Shown here: positions 14,751 through 23,826 of the stretch, one piece after another
How the letters are laid out: the number at the start of each line of letters is the position of its first letter
How positions within the stretch are numbered: position 1 is the stretch's first letter
Assembly (NCBI GenBank): GCA_035299885.1
Contig: DATGVV010000460.1
Location: forward strand, 1-33,138
DNA from: Chloroflexota bacterium
Lineage (GTDB): Bacteria > Chloroflexota > JAJPGV01
DNA length: 33,138 nucleotides
Direction: 5' to 3'
The notes under the pieces: generated by a model
Databases searched by the model: none
What the model was told of the DNA's origin: nothing
What the model saw: the letters and a program-made list of their open reading frames with translations, nothing else
Made by a program: the position numbers and the translations under genes

Positions 14751-16706
14751 TTAGCTGGCGTCCGGATCGGCCACGGCCGGGCTTGCCTGGGCGGCGCGAT
14801 CTCGCGGAGTCTGCGGCACGACCTCCGGGCCTTCCTTGGCGATCACGCTCAAGTTCACCGCTGAGCCGATCAGCGCCATGTGGCTGAAGCCCTGTGGGAA
14901 GTTGCCGAGCAGCCTATCCGTGGACGAATCAGGATCGATCTCTTCGGCCAGCAGGCCCACGTCGTTGGTGTAGCCGATGAGGCACTCGAACAGCTCGCGG
15001 GCTTCGTCCAAGCGCCCGCCGAGCGCGAGCGCGTCGACCAGCCAGAAGCTGGACAGGACGAACGTTGCTTCGGGCCCGGAGGTGATGAGCCCCTCGTGCG
15101 CCTCGTAGCGTCGCAGCAAGCCGTTGCGCATCAGGCGGCCGCGGATCGCGTCCACCGTCGACTGAAAGCGCGGATCCGTCGCGGGCAAGAAGCCATAGCG
15201 TGGCATGGCCAGCACGCTGGAATCCAGGTGATCGTCGTCGAAGGATTGGGTGAAGGCCTGCAGCTCTCGGTTGAAGCCCCGCTCCAGAATGGCTGTCCTG
15301 ATGTCCTCGCAGGCCTGCTGCCAGCGCGCCAAAGGCGCCTTCAAGCGGTGCTCCTGGGCCAGACGCAGCCCGCGATCCACCGCGACCCAGCACATGAGCT
15401 TCGAGTACACGAAATGGCGCAGGCCGCCGCGGACCTCCCAGATGCCGCTGTCCGGCTCCTGCCAATCGCCGATGGCCTGCTCTACCAGGCGTGACAGCAG
15501 CTGCCAGCTGCGGCGCGAAAGGCGGTTGGTCGGGGCGGGCACCGGCGTGTCGGGCGCCTCCTCGATGCGCCGGAACTGATGGGCCGCGTCCAGCACGTCG
15601 CCGTAGATGTCCAGCTGATGCTGGCGGTAGGCGCCGTTGCCGATGCGCACCGGCCGCGAGCCCTTGTAGCCGTCGACGCGGTCGAGTATCTCTTCGGACA
15701 GCTCGTGGCCGCCATCGATGGTGTACATGATTTGCGGGCGCGGCGTGGGATCGTTGCCGATGGTCTTGGCCAGCCAGCCGATGAAGTCGGTGCCCTCCTC
15801 GTGATAGCCGAGCGTGCTGAGCGCGTACAGCATGAGCGAGGCGTCCCGGAGCCAGGTAAAGCGGTAGTCCCAGTTGCGGATGCCGCCAATCAGCTCCGGC
15901 AGAGAGGTGGTGGGCGCGGCGACGACTGCGCCCGTTGGCTCGTAGGTCAACAGCTTGAGTGCCAGGGCCGAGCGCAGTACCGGCTCGCGATAGCGGCCGT
16001 CGTAGCGGCAGCGGGCGGCCCAGTCCTCCCAGTACTCGAGCGTGCGCTGCAGATCACGCTGGGAGACGTCGGGGTCAAGCGCCGCCTGCGCGCCGTGCTC
16101 GCTGCCCGCCAGGCTCAAGGCCAGCCAGGCCCGTTCACCGGCGCGGAGCTCGATCTGACCCCGCACCTCATTACCGTCGGCTGATCCGAGCTCGCACTTG
16201 CCGCAGTACAGCACCAAGTAGCGCCCACCATCCGTGGCCACAACGCCTTTGCCGCGGACTCCTGAGACCCGCGTCTGCGCGCGGCCGAAGTCGAAGGCCG
16301 GTTTGAAGCGGACCTCGACTGCGCAGCCCTGGCCCTCGGCCTCAACCAGGCGCAGGATTTGGCTGGTAGTGCCTACGTCGTGGCCCAGCCGCGACTGATG
16401 GCGGCGATGGACGGGCATGAAGTCGGTGATCCGCAAGCGTCCGCCGCCGAGCTGGAAGGTGGTCTCCAGGACGTTTGTAGGCCCGCGATAGCGGCGGCTC
16501 ACCTGATGTGCTTGTTGAGCAGGCGCCACGCTGAAGAATCCACCTTTGCGGGCGTCGAGGATCCGCCACAAGGCGGGTGAGGCATCGAACCGGCCGGGGC
16601 AGTACCAGTCGATGGAGCCGCTCTTCGAAACCAGCGCGGCGGTGTGGCAGTCGCCGATGAGCGCGTAGTCGGCAATGGGGGCGTAACCGTTCGCGTCAGA
16701 GCCCAC
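14751..16706 (-). CDS. glycoside hydrolase family 15 (glucoamylase/trehalase-like)
   Basis: 651 aa. N-terminal YALIGDCHTAALVSKSGSIDWYCPGRFDASP and catalytic-domain WDYRFTWLRDAS are typical of bacterial GH15. Confidence 0.85.
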   Translation of the reverse strand: MGSDANGYAPIADYALIGDCHTAALVSKSGSIDWYCPGRFDASPALWRILDARKGGFFSVAPAQQAHQVSRRYRGPTNVLETTFQLGGGRLRITDFMPVHRRHQSRLGHDVGTTSQILRLVEAEGQGCAVEVRFKPAFDFGRAQTRVSGVRGKGVVATDGGRYLVLYCGKCELGSADGNEVRGQIELRAGERAWLALSLAGSEHGAQAALDPDVSQRDLQRTLEYWEDWAARCRYDGRYREPVLRSALALKLLTYEPTGAVVAAPTTSLPELIGGIRNWDYRFTWLRDASLMLYALSTLGYHEEGTDFIGWLAKTIGNDPTPRPQIMYTIDGGHELSEEILDRVDGYKGSRPVRIGNGAYRQHQLDIYGDVLDAAHQFRRIEEAPDTPVPAPTNRLSRRSWQLLSRLVEQAIGDWQEPDSGIWEVRGGLRHFVYSKLMCWVAVDRGLRLAQEHRLKAPLARWQQACEDIRTAILERGFNRELQAFTQSFDDDHLDSSVLAMPRYGFLPATDPRFQSTVDAIRGRLMRNGLLRRYEAHEGLITSGPEATFVLSSFWLVDALALGGRLDEARELFECLIGYTNDVGLLAEEIDPDSSTDRLLGNFPQGFSHMALIGSAVNLSVIAKEGPEVVPQTPRDRAAQASPAVADPDAS

Positions 16707-16747
16707 ACTGGCACGTTAGCGCATCCGGTGCCAGCCGCGAATTGATC

Positions 16748-16775
16748 TACAATGGCTTTTGCGAATCAGTCGCAA
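16748..16775 (+). promoter_or_regulatory. -10-like TACAAT (16748-16753) followed by inverted repeat TTGCGA-N5-TCGCAA (16759-16775), a candidate metalloregulator operator
   Basis: Read directly. It lies in the 74-nt divergent region between the GH15 gene and the metal ABC operon, 6 nt before ATG 16781. Confidence 0.35.
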
Positions 16776-16780
16776 TAGAG

Positions 16781-17803
16781 ATGATGTATCGACTGCTCCT
16801 GACGGCCTGCTCGGCGCTGTTACTGGCCACGGCCTGTGGCGGAACTGTTGCTGCGCCCAAACCGATAGGCCCGCAGCTCGGCTGGAGCGATGAGCTGCCC
16901 GCTAACGGCAAGCTGAACGTGGCCACCACTGTAGCGCCGATCTCGAGCATCGTGCGTAACGTGGGCGGCGACCGCATCAACCTGCACGGCATCATCCCGG
17001 ATGGGACCGATTCGCACACGTTCCAGCCTGCGCCGGGGGACGCGAAGGTGCTGGCCAAAGCCGACATCGTGGTGCTCAACGGGCTGCATTTGGAGACACC
17101 GACGGAAAAGCTGGCCCGGGCGAACTTGAAGTCGGGCGCCGGCATCTATATGTTGGGTGACAGCGCCGTCAGCGCAAAGGAGTGGATATTCGACTTCTCG
17201 TTTCCAAGCGAGAATGGCGACCCCAACCCCCACCTGTGGATGAACCCGCAATATGCGCTCAAGTACGCGGAGCTTACCCGCGATTGGCTCTCGGAACGGG
17301 ACCCGAAGAATAGGCACTACTTCGGCGAAAACGAGCAGCAGTACGCCAGCAAGCTCGGGCAGGTCGACAAAGCGATCGAGATCGCGGTCAACTCGATTCC
17401 GCCGCGGAACCGGAAGCTGCTGACGTATCACGATTCGTTCGCCTATTTCGGGCGGCGGTACAGCATCGAGCCGATCGGCGCCATCCAGCCTTCGGACTTC
17501 GCCCAGCCGTCGCCACAAGAGGTGGGGCAGCTTATCCAGCAGATCAAGGCCGAGAAGGTGCCGGCCATCTTTGGCTCCGAGGTGTTCCCCAGCAAGGTGC
17601 TGGAACAGATCGCGCGGGAGACCGGCGCGCAGTTCGTCGACAAGCTGCGGGACGACGAGCCACCAGGCCCGCCGAACAGTCCGACCCACACGTATCTTGG
17701 GCTGATGCTGGAGGACGTGAGCGTGATGGCGCAGGCGCTGGGTGGCAATGCGGACTCGCTCAAGGGCATCGATCCGGCCGACAGCTTCGTGCGCTCTACG
17801 TGA
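16781..17803 (+). CDS. metal ABC transporter substrate-binding lipoprotein (TroA/MntC/ZnuA family)
   Basis: Tracked ORF is 16742..17803. ATG 16781 gives MMYRLLLTACSALLLATACGG (lipobox). Metal-ligand regions are GTDSHTFQP, DPNPHLWMNP and YHDSFAYF. There is no His-rich ZnuA loop, so Mn/Fe-type is more likely than Zn-type. Confidence 0.85.
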   Translation: MMYRLLLTACSALLLATACGGTVAAPKPIGPQLGWSDELPANGKLNVATTVAPISSIVRNVGGDRINLHGIIPDGTDSHTFQPAPGDAKVLAKADIVVLNGLHLETPTEKLARANLKSGAGIYMLGDSAVSAKEWIFDFSFPSENGDPNPHLWMNPQYALKYAELTRDWLSERDPKNRHYFGENEQQYASKLGQVDKAIEIAVNSIPPRNRKLLTYHDSFAYFGRRYSIEPIGAIQPSDFAQPSPQEVGQLIQQIKAEKVPAIFGSEVFPSKVLEQIARETGAQFVDKLRDDEPPGPPNSPTHTYLGLMLEDVSVMAQALGGNADSLKGIDPADSFVRST

Positions 17804-18657
17804 TCGAGCACGCTCATGGCGGGCATCTGCACCGCCACAGTCACGGCCAGCCGCTGGCCGTGCTGCGCGATGTGACCTGCTCCTACGGCGGCCCCGTTGT
17901 CCTGTGGGACGTGTCGCTGAGGATCGAGGAGGGCGCCTTCGTGGGGCTGGTGGGGCCCTCGGGATCGGGCAAGACGAGCCTGCTGCGCACCCTGCTGGGC
18001 ACCATGCCGCGGGTGCAGGGCCGGGTCAGCGTGATGGGCGCCGACGTGCGCCGCGGGCGGCCGCCGGGCGTGGGCTACGTGCCGCAAGTCGAAACGGTCG
18101 ATTGGAGCTTCCCGGTGACGGTGGGCGAAGTGGTTCGGATGGGCATCAGCATGAGCAGCACCTGGCTGCCATGGCCCAGCGCGGGCGAGCGAAAGGCGGT
18201 GGACGGCCTGCTGGAGCGGCTGGGCATTGGCGGCCTGGCTGGCAGGCACATCCGGGACCTCTCTGGCGGGCAGCAGCAACGCGTCTTCCTGGCTCGCGCG
18301 CTGATCGGCAAGCCGCGGCTGCTGCTGCTGGACGAGCCGACCAGCGGCATCGACATCAAGACGCGCGACGACGTGCTGCACCTGCTGCTGGACTTGCACG
18401 AAGAGGGCCTGGGCATCGTGCTGACGACGCATGAGCTGAACGGCGTGGCCGCCCACCTGCCGGAGGTGGTGGCGCTGAACGGCACGGTGGTGGCGCAGGG
18501 CTCTCCGGAGGAAGTGTTCACGCAGGGGACCCTCAAGCTGGTCTACGGCGCCGATTTGACGGTGCTGCACGAGAACGGCATGGTTATCATCGCCGACGCT
18601 CCGCACCAATTCCGCGCGGCCTTGGCATCGACGCGAAATGGGAATGGGCACTCATGA
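17800..18657 (+). CDS. metal ABC transporter ATP-binding protein
   Basis: 285 aa. Walker A GPSGSGKTS, signature LSGGQQQR, Walker B LLLLDEP. GTGA overlap with the SBP gene. Unusual His-rich N-terminus. Confidence 0.9.
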   Translation: MIEHAHGGHLHRHSHGQPLAVLRDVTCSYGGPVVLWDVSLRIEEGAFVGLVGPSGSGKTSLLRTLLGTMPRVQGRVSVMGADVRRGRPPGVGYVPQVETVDWSFPVTVGEVVRMGISMSSTWLPWPSAGERKAVDGLLERLGIGGLAGRHIRDLSGGQQQRVFLARALIGKPRLLLLDEPTSGIDIKTRDDVLHLLLDLHEEGLGIVLTTHELNGVAAHLPEVVALNGTVVAQGSPEEVFTQGTLKLVYGADLTVLHENGMVIIADAPHQFRAALASTRNGNGHS

Positions 18658-19598
18658 CCGTGCTGGTCGATCCCTTCCAGTTCGAGTTCTTCCGTAATGG
18701 GCTGATCGCGGCCACGCTGGTGGGCGGGCTGTGCGGCCTGCTCGGCGTGTTCATCGTGCTGCGGCGCATGAGCTACGTGGGCCATGGCCTGTCGCACGCG
18801 GCCTTTGGCGGCGCGGTGGTCAGCTACGTGGCCAGCTGGAACTTCTACATCGGCGCCGGCTTGTGGGGCTTCGTGTCGGCGCTGCTGATCAACTGGACGT
18901 CGCGCCGTCGTGGGATCGGCGCGGACGCCGCCATCGGTATCGTTACGACCTCCAGCTTCGCCTTCGGCGTGGCCCTGATCTCCCGGACGCGGCACTTCAC
19001 CCGGAACTTCGAGGCGGCCCTGTTCGGCGACATCCTAGGAGTCACCCGAACGGACCTGGTGGTGATTGCGAGCGTGGCCGCGGTGGTGGGGGTCGGGCTG
19101 TTCGTAGGCTACAAGCAGCTGCTGTTCCTGGCGTTTGACCCGGAAGTGGCGCCCGTATACGGCGTGCCGGCGTTTTGGGTGGACAGCGCCTTCGCCCTGG
19201 CGCTGGCGGCCACCATCGTGGTGTCGATGAACGTGGTGGGCGTGACGCTTATCGCGGCGGCGATCGTGATCCCGCCGATTACGGCGCGGCTGGTGACCCA
19301 CAGCTTCGCGCGGCTGGTGGGCCTGTCCGGTGTCATTGGGACGCTGTGCGGCGTGTTCGGCATGTACTTGAGCTACTACATCGACGTCTCATCCGGCGCG
19401 ACCATCGTGCTGCTGGGCGCCGCGGTGTTCCTTGTGACGCTGGGTGCATCCGCGGCCCGCGGGGCCAGAACCGGGCGGCGTATGCCAGCCCATCGTGCAG
19501 CTGCTGGTGCGATGATTGGCGAAAAGCGGAATCCCCGTGCGCGTGGCCCGCGTGCGGACCTCCTGGCACAATGGTCGGAGAAAGGAGCCGAAGAATGA
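18654..19598 (+). CDS. metal ABC transporter permease (ZnuB/MntC/TroC-like)
   Basis: 314 aa, polytopic hydrophobic protein. ATGA overlap with the ATPase gene. Basic C-terminal tail of about 50 aa. Confidence 0.9.
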   Translation: MTVLVDPFQFEFFRNGLIAATLVGGLCGLLGVFIVLRRMSYVGHGLSHAAFGGAVVSYVASWNFYIGAGLWGFVSALLINWTSRRRGIGADAAIGIVTTSSFAFGVALISRTRHFTRNFEAALFGDILGVTRTDLVVIASVAAVVGVGLFVGYKQLLFLAFDPEVAPVYGVPAFWVDSAFALALAATIVVSMNVVGVTLIAAAIVIPPITARLVTHSFARLVGLSGVIGTLCGVFGMYLSYYIDVSSGATIVLLGAAVFLVTLGASAARGARTGRRMPAHRAAAGAMIGEKRNPRARGPRADLLAQWSEKGAEE

Positions 19599-20710
19599 GC
19601 GCGATACGAGTGCTGGTTGGCACGCGCAAGGGCGCGTTCGTGCTGACGTCTGACGGAAAACGCGAGCGGTGGGACGTGGCCGGGCCGCATTTTGGCGGCT
19701 GGGAGATCTACCACGTGAAAGGATCGCCCGCGGATCCGAACCGGCTGTATGCCTCCCAGAGCAGCGGCTGGTTTGGCCAGGTGATCCAACGCTCGGACGA
19801 CGGCGGCAAGACCTGGGAGCCGGTGGGTAACAAGTTCGAGTACCAAGGCGACACTGGCACGCACAAGTGGTACGACGGCACGGACCGGCCCTGGGAGTTC
19901 ACGCGCGTCTGGCATCTCGAGCCGTCGCTGACGGATCCGGATGCCGTGTATGCCGGGGTCCAGGACGCCGCCCTGTTCCGCTCCACCGACGGCGGCCAGA
20001 CGTGGCAGGAGCTGCCCGGGCTGCGCGGCCACGGGACGGGCTCTTCCTGGCAGCCGGGCGCTGGCGGGCTGTGCCTGCACACCATCATCCTCGACCCCAC
20101 GCATGCCGAGCGGATGTTCATCGCCATCTCGTCCGCGGGCGCGTTCCGGACGGACGATGGCGGCAAGACCTGGCGGCCGATTACCCGCGGCTTGCGATCG
20201 GAGTTCATGCCCGATCCCACTGCCGAGATCGGCCACTGCGTCCACCGCATGGCGATGCACCCCTCACGGCCAGGGGTGCTGTTCATGCAGAAGCACTGGG
20301 ATGTGATGCGCAGCGACGACGGCGGCGACAACTGGCACGAGGTCAGCGGCAACCTGCCCACGGACTTCGGCTTCACGATCGACGTGCACGCGCACGATCC
20401 CGAGACCATTTACGTGGTGCCGATCAAGAGCGACTCCGAACACTACCCGCCCGACGGCAAGCTGCGGGTGTACCGCAGCCGCAAGGGCGGGGACGAGTGG
20501 GAAGCGCTGACGAAGGGGCTGCCGCAGAGCGACTGCTACGTGAACGTGCTGCGCGACGCCATGGCCGTCGACTCGCTCGACCCGTGCGGTGTGTACTTCG
20601 GCACCACCGGCGGGCAGGTGTATGCCTCGGCCGATGCTGGGGACAGCTGGCAGCCGATCGTGCGAGACCTCCCTTCGGTGCTGTCGGTGGAGGTCCAGAC
20701 GCTGCCGTGA
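19595..20710 (+). CDS. cytoplasmic BNR/Asp-box repeat beta-propeller protein
   Basis: This is the in-frame C-terminal 371 codons of tracked ORF 19175..20710. ATG 19595 has AAAGGAG 7 nt upstream and overlaps the permease TGA (ATGA). Five SxDxGxxW Asp-boxes: [40 protein letters not shown]. No signal peptide. Confidence 0.85.
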   Translation: MSAIRVLVGTRKGAFVLTSDGKRERWDVAGPHFGGWEIYHVKGSPADPNRLYASQSSGWFGQVIQRSDDGGKTWEPVGNKFEYQGDTGTHKWYDGTDRPWEFTRVWHLEPSLTDPDAVYAGVQDAALFRSTDGGQTWQELPGLRGHGTGSSWQPGAGGLCLHTIILDPTHAERMFIAISSAGAFRTDDGGKTWRPITRGLRSEFMPDPTAEIGHCVHRMAMHPSRPGVLFMQKHWDVMRSDDGGDNWHEVSGNLPTDFGFTIDVHAHDPETIYVVPIKSDSEHYPPDGKLRVYRSRKGGDEWEALTKGLPQSDCYVNVLRDAMAVDSLDPCGVYFGTTGGQVYASADAGDSWQPIVRDLPSVLSVEVQTLP

Positions 20711-21003
20711 TCCGCGTCGTGCTTCCGGCGCACCTGCGGACGCTGGCGCACATCAACGGCGAGGTGCAGCTCCAGATTAACGGCCAGGTCACGCAGGGCA
20801 CGGTGCTCGACGCGCTGGAGGCGTCATATCCGATGCTGCGGGGGACGATGCGGGACCAGCTCACGAGGAAGCGCCGAGCGTTCGTTCGGTTCTTCGCCTG
20901 CGAGCAGGACGTGTCGCACGATCCACCGGATACGCCACTGCCGGAGGCGATTGCGGCGGGCAAGGAGCCGTTTCTGATCGTTGGAGCCATCGCTGGCGGT
21001 TAG
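20707..21003 (+). CDS. MoaD/ThiS-like ubiquitin-fold (beta-grasp) protein with C-terminal Gly-Gly
   Basis: 98 codons hidden at the 3' end of tracked ORF 19867..21003. GTG 20707 overlaps the propeller TGA (GTGA). It starts [14 protein letters not shown] and ends [10 protein letters not shown]-stop, the layout of sulfur-carrier/Ubl proteins. Confidence 0.75.
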   Translation: MIRVVLPAHLRTLAHINGEVQLQINGQVTQGTVLDALEASYPMLRGTMRDQLTRKRRAFVRFFACEQDVSHDPPDTPLPEAIAAGKEPFLIVGAIAGG

Positions 21004-22243
21004 GCCCGCTCGGACGAAGGTGGTCATCGTCGGCGCGGGCTTTGGTGGGCTGAACGCGGCCAGGCAGCTCGGCGGCAAGCCGCTGGATGTGCTGCTGATC
21101 GACCAGCACAACTACCACCTGTTCCAGCCGCTGCTGTATCAGGTGGCCACTGCCGGTCTGGAGCCAGGCGAGATCGCCTACCCGGTGCGGCGCATCTTGC
21201 ACCGCTATGCCAACGTCGAGTTCCGCCTGGGGCGAGTGAGCCGAGTAGATGCGGCCCGGCGCTGCCTCGAGATCGAGGGCCGCGAAATCGGCTACGACTA
21301 CCTCATCTTGGCGGCGGGCAGCGACAGCAACTTCTTTGGCATCGAGCCGCTGGCGCAGCACAGCTACACGCTCAAGCACATCGACGGCGCGGTGCGGCTG
21401 CGGAACCACATCCTGAGCTGTTTCGAGCGCGCGGCGGTGGAGGAGGACGGCGCCAAGCGCGCTTCGCTGCTCACCTTCGTCATTGGTGGAGGGGGGCCTA
21501 CGGGCGTGGAGTTTGCCGGCGCGCTGGCGGAGCTCGTCGACATGCTGCTGCGGCGTGACTACAGGACCCTCGCCGGCGGTGAGGTCCGCATCCACCTGGT
21601 GGAGGGCGGCCCCGATCTGCTGAGCATGCTTCACCCGCGCCTGCGCCGCTCGGCGTTACGGGAGCTGCAGCGCCGCGGGGTGCAGGTCATGTGCGACACG
21701 CAGATCCGCGGCTACGACGGCCAGACGGTGGAGCTGTCCACTGGCCAGATGATTCCGGCGGCGACGCTGATGTGGGCCGCGGGCGTGCGCGCGGCCGACC
21801 TGGCCGCCACGGCCGGTGTCGAGCAGGCTCGCGGGGGGCGGCTGCCCGTCCGGCCAACCCTGGAGCTGGCCGATCATCCCGAGATCTACGTGCTGGGCGA
21901 CATGGCCTACTTGGAGGACAAGGGCAAGCCGCTGCCGCAGCTCGCTCCCGTGGCTATCCAACAGGGGCAGCTTGCCGCCGAGAACCTGCTGCGGCGTCTC
22001 GAGGGCCAGGTTCCGCGGGCTTTCCGCTATCGGGATAAAGGCACGCTGGCCACCATTGGCCGGCACGCCGCCGTGGGCGAGATTGGGCCCATCCGCGTTT
22101 CCGGCCCACTGGCCTGGTTCATGTGGCTGGGCGTGCACCTGATCCAGCTGATCGGTTTCCGCAACCGCGTTGCCGTGCTCCTGGATTGGGCCTGGAACTA
22201 CTTCCGGTTCGACAGCGCCATCCGGCTGATCACCAACGAATAG
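20981..22243 (+). CDS. ndh: type II NADH:quinone oxidoreductase (NDH-2)
   Basis: 420 aa. [35 protein letters not shown] and a second [11 protein letters not shown] dinucleotide motif. The start is uncertain. TTG 20981 has AAGGAG 13 nt upstream and overlaps the Ubl gene by 23 nt; GTG 21020 is the alternative. Confidence 0.85.
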   Translation: MEPSLAVRPARTKVVIVGAGFGGLNAARQLGGKPLDVLLIDQHNYHLFQPLLYQVATAGLEPGEIAYPVRRILHRYANVEFRLGRVSRVDAARRCLEIEGREIGYDYLILAAGSDSNFFGIEPLAQHSYTLKHIDGAVRLRNHILSCFERAAVEEDGAKRASLLTFVIGGGGPTGVEFAGALAELVDMLLRRDYRTLAGGEVRIHLVEGGPDLLSMLHPRLRRSALRELQRRGVQVMCDTQIRGYDGQTVELSTGQMIPAATLMWAAGVRAADLAATAGVEQARGGRLPVRPTLELADHPEIYVLGDMAYLEDKGKPLPQLAPVAIQQGQLAAENLLRRLEGQVPRAFRYRDKGTLATIGRHAAVGEIGPIRVSGPLAWFMWLGVHLIQLIGFRNRVAVLLDWAWNYFRFDSAIRLITNE

Positions 22244-22287
22244 GTGGCTCTCAACAGCTGATCCAGGTCCAGGGGCTGGCACGAAGT

Positions 22288-22313
22288 CCCTGGCGAAGCC
22301 CGGCACGCCAGGG
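22288..22313 (+). terminator. GC-rich hairpin CCCTGGCG-N10-CGCCAGGG, 45 nt after the ndh stop
   Basis: 8-bp perfect stem read directly. No U-tract follows, so intrinsic-terminator status is uncertain. Confidence 0.3.
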
Positions 22314-22359
22314 CCGCAATCGACAGAGCTCGTTACGGTCTCTGACATCACTAGGTGCG

Positions 22360-22413
22360 CTGGCAAACGCCGCACGCTCGGCTATGATGCCCTGTGACCG
22401 GGCGTTAACCCGG
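22360..22413 (+). promoter_or_regulatory. candidate promoter CTGGCA-17-TATGAT and leader hairpin CCGGG-N6-CCCGG before the NRAMP SD (AGGAGG)
   Basis: Hexamers at 22360-22365 and 22383-22388 and the hairpin at 22398-22413 were read directly. No experimental support. Confidence 0.3.
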
Positions 22414-22432
22414 ATAGGAGGACGATCGCGAT

Positions 22433-23799
22433 ATGCGGAAGATAAGGACGCACTGGCATCACGCCCACGAGGGGATGGTCCCGCACGATGTTAGTACAGG
22501 CGCAGCCTCCATTGCAGCGGCCATAAGGGCAGAGTCCAATGCCGTCAAGCGCGTTTTCAAGTTGCTTGGGCCAGGCCTCATTACCGGAGCTTCTGACGAC
22601 GACCCATCGGGCATAGGTACATACGCCGTCGCCGGCGCCTCGCTCGGCTTCGGGACGCTGTGGACTGCTCCCATCAGCTTTCCGCTGATGACGGCCGTCC
22701 AGTACATCTGCGCCAAGATCGGGCTGGTCAGCGGTATGGGGCTGGCGAGCGTCCTGCGGCGGAATTATTCGCGCGCGGTGCTCATTCCAGCAATCATAGG
22801 CCTGCTGGTGGCCAACACCATCAACGCCGGTGCTGACATCGGTGCGATTGCGGCCGGAATCAACCTGCTCGTCCCGATCCCGATCCTGTGGCTGATTGCG
22901 CCCGTTGCTGCCCTCATCATCGCGCTCGAGGTCCTCGGCTCTTATCGACTCATAGCGCGCGTCTTCAAATGGCTGACGATCGTCCTGCTGGGTTACATCA
23001 TTGCTGGCGTGATTGCTCGGCCAGAGTGGGGTGACGTGCTGAAGAGCACGTTTGTGCCCGATTCCAGCTCAACACGACCTACCTGGCGGCGATAGTCGCC
23101 ATTTTTGGCACGACCATCTCACCGTATCTCTTCTTCTGGCAAGCGAGTGAAGAAGTGGAAGAGGAAGAGGCCAGAGGATGGACCACGGTGGAGCAGCGGG
23201 AGGCCTCCGTCAGCGACACGGACCTCAAGAACGTTGCCTGGGACGTCAATATCGGGATGGCTTTTGCCAACATCGTCTTCTACTTCATCATCCTTACTGC
23301 CGCGACGACGCTGTTCAAGGCCGGGAAGACCGACATCCAATCAGCGGCCGACGCTGCTCAGGCTCTTGCGCCACTTGCAGGCAACGCGGCGACCATCCTG
23401 TTTGCGATCGGCATCATTGGGGCCGGCTTCCTAGCCGTGCCCGTGCTCACGGCCTCTGGCGCCTACGCGGTGTGTGAGGCGGCGGGTTGGAGCTATGGGC
23501 TCAGCGAAAAGCTCAGCAAAGCCAAGCACTTCTACATCGTGATCTTCGCCGCCACAGTTGTTGGCGTGCTCTTCAACTTCGCTGGCATCAACCCCACCAC
23601 CGCGCTCTTCTGGACGGCCATCATCAATGGCCTGCTGGCGCCCCCACTGCTGGTCGTGATTATGCTCATCTCGAACAACAAGGCTGTGATGGGCACCCGG
23701 ACCAATAGCTGGCTGTTGAACGTCCTTGGCTGGGCGGCAACGGCAATTATGTTCACCGCCGCGAGTGCGCTGATCGTGAGTTGGCGCGCCGGCAGCTGA
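22433..23799 (+). pseudogene. NRAMP-related divalent metal transporter, interrupted by a frameshift (as sequenced)
   Basis: Tracked ORFs 22433..23095 and 23155..23799 are two halves of one transporter (LGPGLITGASDDDPSGIGTY...). The second frame is open from 23035 and reads RFQLNTTYLAAIVAIFGTTISPYLFFWQASEEVEEE, continuing from ...KSTFVP in the first frame. One extra C in the CCC run at 23057-23059 would fuse them. Confidence 0.75.
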
Positions 23800-23826
23800 C
23801 CAGCCTGTGGGACAATCCTGCGGACG

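Noticed and set aside
17443-18651. 402-aa minus-strand ORF across the ABC ATPase gene
   Set aside because: It is an antisense shadow (His/Arg/Gln/Ala-rich). The plus strand has Walker A, signature and Walker B motifs.
19175-19594. Upstream 140 codons of the tracked 511-aa ORF
   Set aside because: This stretch lies inside the permease gene in another frame and reads as Arg/Gly-rich filler. A strong SD plus an ATGA junction mark 19595 as the real start.
19867-20706. Upstream 280 codons of the tracked 378-aa ORF
   Set aside because: It is out of frame within the Asp-box propeller gene. Only the last 98 codons (from GTG 20707) look like a protein.
22244-22432. Possible metal-sensing riboswitch (yybP-ykoY/Mn type) in the 190-nt leader of the NRAMP gene
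   Set aside because: I see several hairpins and a CUCUGACAUC stretch. I could not recognise the conserved riboswitch cores from memory, so a covariance-model scan (Rfam/Infernal) is needed. I kept only candidate promoter and hairpin calls.
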